64,000 nucleotides of DNA from Streptomyces sp. (lineage in GTDB: Bacteria > Actinomycetota > Actinomycetes > Streptomycetales > Streptomycetaceae). The position numbers were made by a program, and so were the translations under genes. Positions 54,513-62,913 of the stretch are shown here, piece by piece. The stretch lies in assembly GCF_036524955.1 (NCBI RefSeq), contig NZ_DATDBG010000178.1, positions 2,606-66,605 of the forward strand, given 5' to 3'. Each line of letters opens with the position of its first letter. The first letter of the stretch is position 1. The notes below the pieces were generated by a model. That model did not search any database. It was not told where the DNA came from and worked only from the letters and a program-made list of their open reading frames with translations.

Positions 54513-56051
54513 ATGCCCCTCACCCTGAAGCCCGGAACGGCCTGGAGCGACGCCTGGCAGCGTGCCATGCTCGCCGCGCCCGAGGCCTTCCGCGACGACC
54601 GAGTCCTCAACCTCTGGGACGGCCGCTGGCAGGCCGACGGCCGGGCGCTGCCGGCCACCTCGCCGGTGGACGGCAGCCCCATCGCCGGGCCACCGCGCGT
54701 GGACTCGACCACCGCCCAGAACGCGGTGCGTGCCGCGCTCGACCAGCACCGTCGCTGGCGGCACGTCTCGCTTCCCGACCGCAGAGCCAGGGTGTCCGCG
54801 ACCCTGGACGCCCTGACCGAGCACCGCGACCTGCTGGCCCTGCTGCTGGTCTGGGAGATCGGCAAACCGTGGCGGCTGGCCTGTGCCGACGTGGACCGCG
54901 CGATCGACGGTGTGCGCTGGTACGTGGACGGCGTCGGGCCGATGCTGGAGGGTCGGTCGCCGCTGGACGGCCCGGTCTCCAACATCGCGAGCTGGAACTA
55001 CCCGATGAGCGTCCTGGTGCACGCCATGCTCGTCCAGGCGCTCGCGGGCAACGCCGTCATCGCCAAGACCCCGACCGACGGCGGCCTGTCCTGCCTCACC
55101 CTGGCGTGCGCGCTCGCCCAGCGCGAGGGCATCCCGGTCACCCTGGTCAGCGGCAGCGGCGGCGACCTGTCCGAGGCGCTGGTGCGGTCCCCGGAGATCG
55201 GTTGCGTCTCCTTCGTGGGCGGCCGGGACACCGGCGCCCGGATCGCCACCGCGGTCGCGGACGTCGGCAAGCGCCACATCCTGGAGCAGGAGGGCCTCAA
55301 CTGCTGGGGCCTGTGGGAGTACAGCGACTGGGACTCCTTCGGCGCGCAGATCCCCAAGCTCTTCGACTACGCCAAGCAGCGCTGCACCGCCTACCCCCGC
55401 TTCGTCGTGCAGCGCTCCCGTTTCGCCGACTTCCTCGCCGCGTACCTGCCGGCTGTGAAGTCGGTACGCACCGGACACCCGCTGGCCGTCGCCCACCCCG
55501 ACGACCCGCTGCCCGCACTGGACTTCGGCCCGCTCATCAACGCGGCCAAGGCCAAGGAGCTGTCCGACCTGGTGGCAGAGGCGATCGGCCGCGGTGCCGT
55601 ACCACTGCACCAGGGCGCGCTCGACCCGGAGCTGTTCCTGCCCGGGCAGGACACCTCCGCCTACCTGGCGCCGGTCACGCTGCTGGGCCCGCCGCCGTCC
55701 TCACCGCTGCACCACACCGAGCCGTTCGGCCCGGTGGACACCATCGTGCTGGTCGACACCGAGGCGGAACTGCTCGCCGCGATGAACGCCAGCAACGGCG
55801 CGCTGGTGGCCGCGCTGTCCTGCGACGACCCGCGGACCACCGAGCGGCTGGCCGGCCAGGTCCGCGCCTTCAAGGTCGGCCGCAACGGCCCGCGGTCCCG
55901 CGGCGACCGGGACGAGCTCTTCGGCGGCCTCGGCGCGTCCTGGCGCGGCGCCTTCGTCGGCGGCGAACTCCTCGTCCACGCCGTCACCCAGGGGCCGGAG
56001 AGCGAACGCCTCCCCGGTAACTTCCCGGACTACCAGCTGCCGGCGGCGTAA
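54513..56051 (+). CDS. Aldehyde dehydrogenase family protein (divergent)
   Basis: WNYPMSV, VIAKTPTDGG, VSFVGGRDTG, EQEGLN in place of ELGGK, and KQRCTA with the catalytic Cys. Start at ATG 54513. Confidence 0.7.
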   Translation: MPLTLKPGTAWSDAWQRAMLAAPEAFRDDRVLNLWDGRWQADGRALPATSPVDGSPIAGPPRVDSTTAQNAVRAALDQHRRWRHVSLPDRRARVSATLDALTEHRDLLALLLVWEIGKPWRLACADVDRAIDGVRWYVDGVGPMLEGRSPLDGPVSNIASWNYPMSVLVHAMLVQALAGNAVIAKTPTDGGLSCLTLACALAQREGIPVTLVSGSGGDLSEALVRSPEIGCVSFVGGRDTGARIATAVADVGKRHILEQEGLNCWGLWEYSDWDSFGAQIPKLFDYAKQRCTAYPRFVVQRSRFADFLAAYLPAVKSVRTGHPLAVAHPDDPLPALDFGPLINAAKAKELSDLVAEAIGRGAVPLHQGALDPELFLPGQDTSAYLAPVTLLGPPPSSPLHHTEPFGPVDTIVLVDTEAELLAAMNASNGALVAALSCDDPRTTERLAGQVRAFKVGRNGPRSRGDRDELFGGLGASWRGAFVGGELLVHAVTQGPESERLPGNFPDYQLPAA

Positions 56052-56100
56052 CGATCGCCCCGGGCCCCGCCGCGATCCCGCGGCGGGGCCCGGGTACCGG

Positions 56101-56250
56101 TCAGGGCAGCGCGGTGAAGGGGGCCAGGAAGGACTGGGCGGACGGGGCGTCCAGCCGGTAGGCGACGTTGGTCGCGTAGCAGGGGCTGCCGCCGGTGACG
56201 GTGGTCGCGGCGAGGAGCCGCTGCCCGTCGACGGTGGCGAAACCGGGCGT
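56101..56250 (-). pseudogene. Orphan C-terminal gene fragment (~47 codons) without a usable start
   Basis: GFATVDGQRLLAATTVTGGSPCYATNVAYRLDAPSAQSFLAPFTALP-stop has G/C at every third position. The signal collapses upstream and there is no ATG/GTG in frame. Confidence 0.3.
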
Positions 56251-56367
56251 CGGGGTATGAGCGCGTCTCGTGGCCGGTGGACGCGGGTAGACCCGGTTTC
56301 GCCCGACAGTCGGTTCCTTTCGCGGAACAGCCGCGCGGCAGCGTACCGGAAGGGCATACTCCTGGGT

Positions 56368-57549
56368 ATGGATCCGCACGGCGACGACGGAGACGACGTT
56401 TCCGCGTACCAGAGCCTCCAGGCGACCGGACCGGGCGCGCCGGGTACATCAGGCGCTCCGGATACGGCGGATGTATCGGGCACAGCGGACGCGCCACGCG
56501 TGTCTGCCGTACCCGACGTACCGCACGTACCGGAGTACGCCCCGGTCGCGCCACTCACCGAGATCGAGGCGTGGAAGGCCCGCAAGACGTACCCGTCGGT
56601 GCTGTTCGCGGGCGGCCCGGTCTTCGGTGTGGCGCGGGAACGCGCCGAGGGCGGTTGGGAATTGCAGCCGCACTTCGCCGGACTCACGCCGCAGGACGCC
56701 CGGGACGACCTCGGCTGCCACTTCCGTACGCTCGCCCAGGCGGCCGGCCGGGACGGCGACGCCTCCGTGCAGGCGGAGTACCTGGCCGCCGCGGACCGCC
56801 TCGACCGGGAGCCACTGGACGAGATGACGGTACGGGGCGAGCGCTACCGCGTGGTGCGCGCCGAACGGTTCATCCGGATGGGCCCCGACGGCCCCGAACC
56901 CCCGCGCGCCACCGACCCCGACCCCGGCGGTCCCGGCGCGCCCGGGTCCCGAACCGACCCCGCCGACGGACTGGTCATCGCCCCGTTCCAGGACAGCCCC
57001 TCCGGCGGCGTGCTCAGCGCCGAACTCCTCGCCGCGGTCGGCAGGCACGGCACCGTCCGCAGCGCCGTCGCCGACGATTCGCGCGCCGCCGTCCACACCC
57101 ACCCCGGCGGCGTGCTGCTGCCCGCCACCTTCATGACCGCCGAACGCCGGGGCCGCAGCTGGCGCCCCGACTCGGCCGGCATCGCCACCACGCCCCAGGC
57201 CGCCCGCGACGACCTCGCCACCCACCTTCGCGTCATCGTGCCCTGGCGGCACGAGCTCAGCGCGGAGGAGAGCGAGGTCTACAAACGGGCCGCCGACCGC
57301 CTCGACACCGAGCGCTGCGACGAACTCGACGTCGCCGGCCGTCACTACCGCATCGTCCGTGTCGAGCGCCTGCTCCGTCTCGGCCCCGGCGGGCCCGAGG
57401 GCCCCCGCTCCTCCGACACCACCCCCTACGACCGCCCCGACCACGACGACGAACTCTGCCACGACGCCGAGGCCCCGCTGAAGCGGATCATCGAACTCTT
57501 CGAGGAGGAGCGCGTGCGCCGTGCGTCGCTCGGCCGCGGCACGGGCTGA
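56368..57549 (+). CDS. Hypothetical protein built from two copies of a ~130-aa module
   Basis: TPQDARDDLGCHFR...YLAAADRLDREPLDEMTVRGERYRVVRAERFIRMGPDGPEPPR versus TPQAARDDLATHLR...YKRAADRLDTERCDELDVAGRHYRIVRVERLLRLGPGGPEGPR. Confidence 0.65.
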   Translation: MDPHGDDGDDVSAYQSLQATGPGAPGTSGAPDTADVSGTADAPRVSAVPDVPHVPEYAPVAPLTEIEAWKARKTYPSVLFAGGPVFGVARERAEGGWELQPHFAGLTPQDARDDLGCHFRTLAQAAGRDGDASVQAEYLAAADRLDREPLDEMTVRGERYRVVRAERFIRMGPDGPEPPRATDPDPGGPGAPGSRTDPADGLVIAPFQDSPSGGVLSAELLAAVGRHGTVRSAVADDSRAAVHTHPGGVLLPATFMTAERRGRSWRPDSAGIATTPQAARDDLATHLRVIVPWRHELSAEESEVYKRAADRLDTERCDELDVAGRHYRIVRVERLLRLGPGGPEGPRSSDTTPYDRPDHDDELCHDAEAPLKRIIELFEEERVRRASLGRGTG

Positions 57550-57720
57550 GGGGGCGCGCGGCGGCGCCAGGCGTCCGCGGCGAGCCGTACCCGCTGCTTC
57601 TCGTCCTCGGTCAGCTCCCGCACCCGCCGGGCCCGGCACACGTGTCCGGACCGCTCGATGCGCTCGGCCATCTGGCGGACGTTGCGCATCGCGCGAGTAC
57701 GGGCGGCTCCGCGCCGGGGC

Positions 57721-59265
57721 CTAATGCGGTCCAACCCGGGCGCTCCAGCGGTGGTGGGTCGCGTAGGAGCTCCAGGGGCGCCAGTCCGGCGCGGCCGCTT
57801 CGGGGCTGCCCGGGTCGGCAGAATTCACGCGGTTCACGGGGTTCACCGGGTTTCCGGGGTCGGGGAGCAGTACGTCGGGGTCGCCGAGGGCGCGCATGCG
57901 GATGTAGGCGGCGGTGCGGGGGCTGAGGCCGGGGATGCCGAGCAGGGTGCGTTCGGCCTCGTCGCGGTCGGCGCCCGGGTCCAGACGGAGGGAGCCGTCG
58001 GTGAGGGCGGCGGCGAGGGAGCGCAGGGCGGCGCGGCGGTCCTCGGGCAGATCGAGGCCGTCGAGTCCGTCCGGCCCGTCCACGTCGTCGCGTCCGTCCG
58101 GGCCGTCCGGTGCGGTGAGGGCGGCGGCCGCGAGGTCCGCGGGGCGGGGGAAGAGGTGCGTCAGACCGCCGTTCGGCACGGCGAGCGGCTCTCCGTACGC
58201 GGCCACCAGCGCGCCCGCGCGGCGCCGCGCCCCGACCCGCGGCAGGTCCTCGTCCCCGTCCTCGCCGAGCACGGCCCGCAGCGCCAGTTCCTCGGGGTCC
58301 GCGGCTCCCGGCGCCCGCAGTCCCGGCCGCTCGGCGACCAGCGGGGCCAGCTCCGGGTCCGCGGAGAGCCGCTCGGCGACGGCGTACGGATCGGCGTCCA
58401 GGTCGAACAGCCGCCGGATCCGCTGTGTGGCGGTGGTCAGGTCCCGCAGTTCGCCCAGGTGCAGTGAGCACTCCAGCCAGCCGCCCGCGGCCGGCCGTTC
58501 GGCGACCTCCGCGACGCCCGTGCCGTGCGGCAGCCGCAGCGTACGGCGGTACGTCCGGGCGCCCGGCGCGCCGGTGACCTCCTCGACGCCCGGTACGGCC
58601 CGGGCGGCGAGGAAGTCGAAGACCTGCGCGGAGGCGTACGGACCGCGGTACGCCAGGCGCAGCGGCACGCCGGTCGCGCCGTCCCACCCGGACCGGTGGG
58701 CGCGGCCCGGGCGGGCGGCGCGCAGCTCGGTCGGGGTGACCGCGTAGATCTCCCGGATCGTCTCGTTGAACTGCCGCACGCTCGCGAAACCCGCGGCGAA
58801 CGCGATCTCGGCGGCCCGCATCGACGTGGTCTGCAACAGCACGCGGGCGGTGTTGCCGCGCTGCGCCCGGGCCAGCGCGATCGGGCCGGCCCCCAGCTCG
58901 GCGTTGAGCTGCCGCTGCACCTGCCGCGCGCTGTAGCCCAGCCGCGCGGCCAGCCCGCCGACGCCTTCCCGGTCCACCACGCCGTCCCCGATCAAGCGCA
59001 CCGCGCGCCCCACCACGTCGGCCCGCATGTTCCAGTCCGCAGACCCCGGCACCGCGTCCGGCCGGCACCGCCTGCACGCCCGGAACCCGGCCCCCTGCGC
59101 CGCCGCGGCCGTCGCGAAGAACGACACGTTCGCCCGCTTCGGCGTGACCGCCGGACAACTCGGCCGGCAGTAGATCCCCGTCGTCGCCACCCCGAAGAAG
59201 AACACCCCGTCAAACCGGGCATCCCGACTCCGCACCGCCTCGTACCTGCTGTCCTCGCTCACCAT
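57721..59265 (-). CDS. Ada-AlkA fusion: Ada zinc methyl-acceptor domain + AraC HTH + AlkA N-domain + HhH-GPD DNA glycosylase
   Basis: GIYCRPSCPAV...FRACRRCRPD (Cys4), AraC-type HTH (LARAQRGNTARVLLQTTSMRAAEIAFAAGFASVRQFN), and a C-terminal HhH-GPD region (IPGLSPRTAAYIRMRALGDPD). Confidence 0.85.
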   Translation of the reverse strand: MVSEDSRYEAVRSRDARFDGVFFFGVATTGIYCRPSCPAVTPKRANVSFFATAAAAQGAGFRACRRCRPDAVPGSADWNMRADVVGRAVRLIGDGVVDREGVGGLAARLGYSARQVQRQLNAELGAGPIALARAQRGNTARVLLQTTSMRAAEIAFAAGFASVRQFNETIREIYAVTPTELRAARPGRAHRSGWDGATGVPLRLAYRGPYASAQVFDFLAARAVPGVEEVTGAPGARTYRRTLRLPHGTGVAEVAERPAAGGWLECSLHLGELRDLTTATQRIRRLFDLDADPYAVAERLSADPELAPLVAERPGLRAPGAADPEELALRAVLGEDGDEDLPRVGARRRAGALVAAYGEPLAVPNGGLTHLFPRPADLAAAALTAPDGPDGRDDVDGPDGLDGLDLPEDRRAALRSLAAALTDGSLRLDPGADRDEAERTLLGIPGLSPRTAAYIRMRALGDPDVLLPDPGNPVNPVNRVNSADPGSPEAAAPDWRPWSSYATHHRWSARVGPH

Positions 59266-59464
59266 CCGCCCAGTATGCGACGCCCCACGCTCACCCTCTG
59301 GCGGCTTTCGGACGCCCAGCCGGCTGTGCGCCCTCCGACCACCGGACCGGCCGAACGCCCCGATTCGGGGGTGCGAACAGGCACCAGGCCCTGGATATCG
59401 AGGCCGGAACGCCGCCCGGCCGTGGCATCGCCGTTATCTTCAGGGCTGCCCCGGACGCAGAAGG

Positions 59465-59507
59465 GCGCCCCCTGCGGACGTCTGAGGGGTGGCCGCAGGG
59501 GGCGCCT
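59465..59507. terminator. Perfect 14-bp hairpin downstream of the Zn-ribbon membrane-protein gene
   Basis: GGCGCCCCCTGCGG (59465-59478) pairs with CCGCAGGGGGCGCC (59494-59507). Confidence 0.55.
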
Positions 59508-59604
59508 GTCCGTACCGGCGGACCTGACCGAGGCGGGACCGGCGCGGACGTCTTACGGTGCTGCCCATTGCCCGGAACGGCAGCCATCGGGGTTATTGCG
59601 GTTC

Positions 59605-60105
59605 TCAGGCTGCGGCTACGCCGATGCACACAAGGGCGATTTGCGCGAACAGCGCTCCGGTTCCGGCGAGTGCCCACCGGTCATACGGGGTGGGATCGTG
59701 CCAGCGGCAGGGCGGGGCTTCGCCGGGAAGGGGCAGGCTGCTCCATGCCGCGCCTGCGGCGAGGAAGGCGCAGCACGTCACAGCTCCGGCCAGAGTGCCC
59801 AGGATTCGCACCATGCCCGGCGGGGCGTACGTCACCTGTGCCCACACGAGCATGGCGGGCACAAGCGACGCGATCACTCCGCCCAGCAACCCGGCTTCCG
59901 GATGATCACGAACGAACCGCACGGACGCCTGTATCTCTTCTGTGCGCTCCGTTGGCCGCTCGTACGGGAGGCACACCACACAGCGGGCGTTGACCCCGCA
60001 CTGGACGCACAGCACCAGGACCGTGCCGCACTCGTCGCAGGGGTCGTCAACTTCCTGCCGTGGCTTGGGCGGTCGCCATGCACGTAACGCAGCGCGCACG
60101 CTCAC
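59605..60105 (-). CDS. Hypothetical protein: N-terminal triple-CxxC zinc-ribbon-like segment + 3 TM helices
   Basis: PCDECGTVLVLCVQCGVNARCVVC followed by hydrophobic segments. GTG start at 60105 overlaps the stop of the upstream gene (GTGA). Codon 7 is TTA (60085-60087). Confidence 0.55.
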   Translation of the reverse strand: MSVRAALRAWRPPKPRQEVDDPCDECGTVLVLCVQCGVNARCVVCLPYERPTERTEEIQASVRFVRDHPEAGLLGGVIASLVPAMLVWAQVTYAPPGMVRILGTLAGAVTCCAFLAAGAAWSSLPLPGEAPPCRWHDPTPYDRWALAGTGALFAQIALVCIGVAAA

Positions 60106-60551
60106 CGTGGCACCTCCGTGCCGTCGTCGGCCAGGACAGACCACACCATTTTTCCCGGCCCTTCCCGGTTGCTCACGCCCCAGTGGCCGCCGGTAAGCAC
60201 GTCCACGAGGGCCAGGCCCCTGCCGGACTCCTCTTCCGCGGTTGCGTCTCGGCGCTCCGGCTTGTGGTCGTTGGAGTCGTGCACCTCGATCCGAACCCCG
60301 GACTCAAGCCGCTCCAACCGAGTTGAGATCAGGTTCCCGTACGGGGGGTGCGCGTGGTTGACCGCGTTGGTGACCAGTTCGCTCACGACCAGTTGGGCGG
60401 CGTCCGAGAGGCGGGACAGTCCCCAGGCGTCAAGGTGGTGGGCGAGGAACTGACGTGCCCTGCCCACCGAGCGGGGAGCGGGAGGCCACATCTTTTCGAC
60501 AACGGACGGACATTCCTCGGCCAGAGCTGCCGGCGTACCAGGGGTCATCAC
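60102..60551 (-). CDS. HATPase_c-type ATP-binding protein (RsbW/AbaA-like anti-sigma-factor kinase fold)
   Basis: VSELVTNAVNHA (N box), RIEVHDS, GRGLALVDVL (G box). About 149 aa. Confidence 0.7.
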   Translation of the reverse strand: MMTPGTPAALAEECPSVVEKMWPPAPRSVGRARQFLAHHLDAWGLSRLSDAAQLVVSELVTNAVNHAHPPYGNLISTRLERLESGVRIEVHDSNDHKPERRDATAEEESGRGLALVDVLTGGHWGVSNREGPGKMVWSVLADDGTEVPR

Positions 60552-60815
60552 GCTGCCCCCTGCATCCCGAACGAGCGCGGGTTAAGGTCGAACATGTTCA
60601 GCCTGCTTTCTCCAGGTTGAGCCACGCCCCCGGACCGGTCGCACGGTCGCGGGGGTCGTGGCTTCCCGGCACCGCAGCTCGGCCCATCGCGAACCGGTCG
60701 CACGGCCGCGTAAGGCGTCTGTCTTGCTCTAGGCAACCGGGCCGCTACGCACAGCGGTACCGTTGAGGCGCCAGGCGTTATTAAGAGCTTTAAGCGGCGC
60801 GGGGAGTGGGCACGC

Positions 60816-62150
60816 ATGGGTGACCGTCAGCCGAACAAGGGTCTGACGCGGCTGTACCGCGAGAGCGGGTGGACGCTCCGGCAGTTCGCCCAAGAGGTCA
60901 ACAAGCTGGCCACGGAGCGCGGGACACCCACGCGGTACCAGTCGCCATCGGTGCACCAGTGGCTAGACGGGCACATGCCCAAGGAAGAAGTACAGCCGCT
61001 CATCATGGAGGCGCTGTCACGTCACCTGCACAGGCCCATCACGCGTACACAAGCAGGATTCCCCCCGTCCGCCGATGAGTCGCCCGCCGTGAGGACCGTT
61101 GACGGCTTGCTCGACCTGGGCGAGCAAGACATGAGCCCAACACGCCGGACCGTCGTCGGTGCCTCGCTCTTTTCTGTAGCGCTCACCATCCCCGGTTGGC
61201 AAGACGTCGTCGGGCGGATGGAAGTAATTCAGACCGGCCAGGTGCAGCGCATAGGGATGCCCGAAGTAGACATGGTCATCGCCATGACCGAGCAAGTTTC
61301 CAACTTGGATGACCAGTTTGGCGGACGGCATGCGCGCCCGATGGCAGCCGCTTTCTTAGTCAATACCGTCGCGCCATACTTGAAAGCGGATGCCACCGAG
61401 GAAGTACGCAAAGCGATGATGTCTGCCGCATCTGACCTTTGTTACCTAACGGGCTACATGGCGGTAGACGAAGGTGCGCACGGAATCGCACAACAATATT
61501 ACTTGAAAGCGCTAGAGCTTGCTGGGGCGGCGGAGGATCACCTCACATTCTGCACCACGCTGCGGGGCATGAGTGTGCAGGCTGTAGACCTGCGCCACGG
61601 TCCCGAAGCGCTCCGCCTTGCAGATGCCGCCGCAGCCGCCTCCCCGCAAGCCGGGCCACGGATGCGCGCATTCCTTGCGGGACAGCAGGCGCATGCGTCG
61701 GCACAGGTCGGCGACCGCAGGAACGCTCTGACGTATCTACGGGAAGCCGAAGTCGCCATGGAAAAGGCGGAGTCTAGGCAAAAAGCCTTCGGCTCGTACG
61801 ATCCAGCCGCTTTGAATTACCACACCAGTCAAGTGCGGTACGAGCTTGGTGACTTGCGCGGCGCCGTTCAGGCAATGCAAGAAGGAGATAAAACGCGCCA
61901 TGACATCTACAGGCGTATTCGTGTGAGAGACCGCGGGCTGTTGGCCGAGCGTCAATTCGCGATCGGCCACCTTGAAGCGGCTTGTGAGACGTGGCATACG
62001 GCACTGGACGATTTTCCCTTGGTCCAGTCCGGCCGGGCCGATCAGCGCATCGCTGAAATGTTCCGACTGATCCGCCCGCACGCGAGGAACGCGACCGCGC
62101 GTGATCTCCATGAGCGGGCAAGGCTCGTCGCCCCGAAGCTTGCCATCTGA
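60816..62150 (+). CDS. HTH regulator with a C-terminal helical-repeat (TPR-like) domain, WhiJ/XRE-like
   Basis: GWTLRQFAQEVNKLATERGTPTRYQSPSVHQWLDG HTH-like N-terminus. Repeats such as AQQYYLKALELAGAAED and RNALTYLREAEVAMEKA. Divergent from the HATPase gene. In-frame TTA codon at 61356-61358. Visibly lower G+C. Confidence 0.55.
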   Translation: MGDRQPNKGLTRLYRESGWTLRQFAQEVNKLATERGTPTRYQSPSVHQWLDGHMPKEEVQPLIMEALSRHLHRPITRTQAGFPPSADESPAVRTVDGLLDLGEQDMSPTRRTVVGASLFSVALTIPGWQDVVGRMEVIQTGQVQRIGMPEVDMVIAMTEQVSNLDDQFGGRHARPMAAAFLVNTVAPYLKADATEEVRKAMMSAASDLCYLTGYMAVDEGAHGIAQQYYLKALELAGAAEDHLTFCTTLRGMSVQAVDLRHGPEALRLADAAAAASPQAGPRMRAFLAGQQAHASAQVGDRRNALTYLREAEVAMEKAESRQKAFGSYDPAALNYHTSQVRYELGDLRGAVQAMQEGDKTRHDIYRRIRVRDRGLLAERQFAIGHLEAACETWHTALDDFPLVQSGRADQRIAEMFRLIRPHARNATARDLHERARLVAPKLAI

Positions 62151-62219
62151 TCCACGTTAGGCGCCCATGTCCGGCAGTCCTGGTCAGGGCGTCGCAGCAC
62201 ATCACGGAAAGAAGAGAGC

Positions 62220-62252
62220 GCCCCTCTCAACCCTTGGGGGGTTGAGAGGGGC
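62220..62252. terminator. Perfect hairpin after the WhiJ-like gene
   Basis: CCCCTCTCAACCC (62221-62233) pairs with GGGTTGAGAGGGG (62239-62251). G62220 and C62252 add an outer pair. Confidence 0.6.
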
Positions 62253-62511
62253 TATTCGCTTGCGCGCATTACAGGCCGTACTTCTGCCACTTCGTGTGCC
62301 CTGGCGTTGTCGTCCCCCTGCTCATCCACAGAGCGTGCACGGCCGGACCGGTCGGCAGACACAGGCGGGTACTCGCGGGCGGTGAGGGTGGCGGAAGGGG
62401 CGGTGATCAGCATGTTTGAGGTCATGCCCGCACACCGCGCCCATCAAGACACATTGGCAAAGGTGACTGCTGCCGGGCGCCGCGGGGCAGGCGGGATGTG
62501 TCAGACAGGCC

Positions 62512-62913
62512 CTAGCGCGGGCGGACTGCCTTCGGGCCCACGGAGGAGGCGCCGACGGCGGTGATGCGGTCGCGGAGGGCGCGGTCGGCGGTGGCTACGA
62601 GGCGGTGGCGCTGGGGGGAGCGGCCGGCGAGGGTGGTGATGAGGTCGTCGCCGCTGGCGGGGGCCGATTCGACGTGGACGCCCGGGATCGAGGGGACGCC
62701 GCGGGCGGCGCCCTCCACGACCAGGACGACGTCGAGGGGGGTGCCGATGGCCCATGCGGGGGCGCCGCTGTCCGCGGGGAGGCCGGTGGCGGCGAGTGGG
62801 GCGAGGGCGTCGCGCAGGCGTTCCGCGGCGGCGCGACGGTCGCGCCACCAGCCGTCCGGCACCGAGCCGACCACGTTCGCGCCGTCCACGATGAGCAGCG
62901 GCCGGTCCGTCAC
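62512..62913 (-). CDS. NYN/YacP-like (PIN-related) domain protein
   Basis: RPLLIVDGANVVGSVPDGWW...LDVVLVVEG...SGDDLI. GTG start at 62913 overlaps the stop of the upstream ORF (GTGA). Confidence 0.65.
   Translation of the reverse strand: MTDRPLLIVDGANVVGSVPDGWWRDRRAAAERLRDALAPLAATGLPADSGAPAWAIGTPLDVVLVVEGAARGVPSIPGVHVESAPASGDDLITTLAGRSPQRHRLVATADRALRDRITAVGASSVGPKAVRPR

Noticed and set aside
57426-57734. Small minus-strand ORF (MRNVRQMAERIERSGHVCRARRVRELTEDEKQRV...) between the convergent 56368-57549 and Ada-AlkA genes.
   Set aside because: It would overlap the 3' end of the plus-strand gene by about 120 nt. Its C-terminal half is Ser/Arg-rich and shadow-like, and there is no RBS or recognisable family. 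It cannot be supported from sequence alone.
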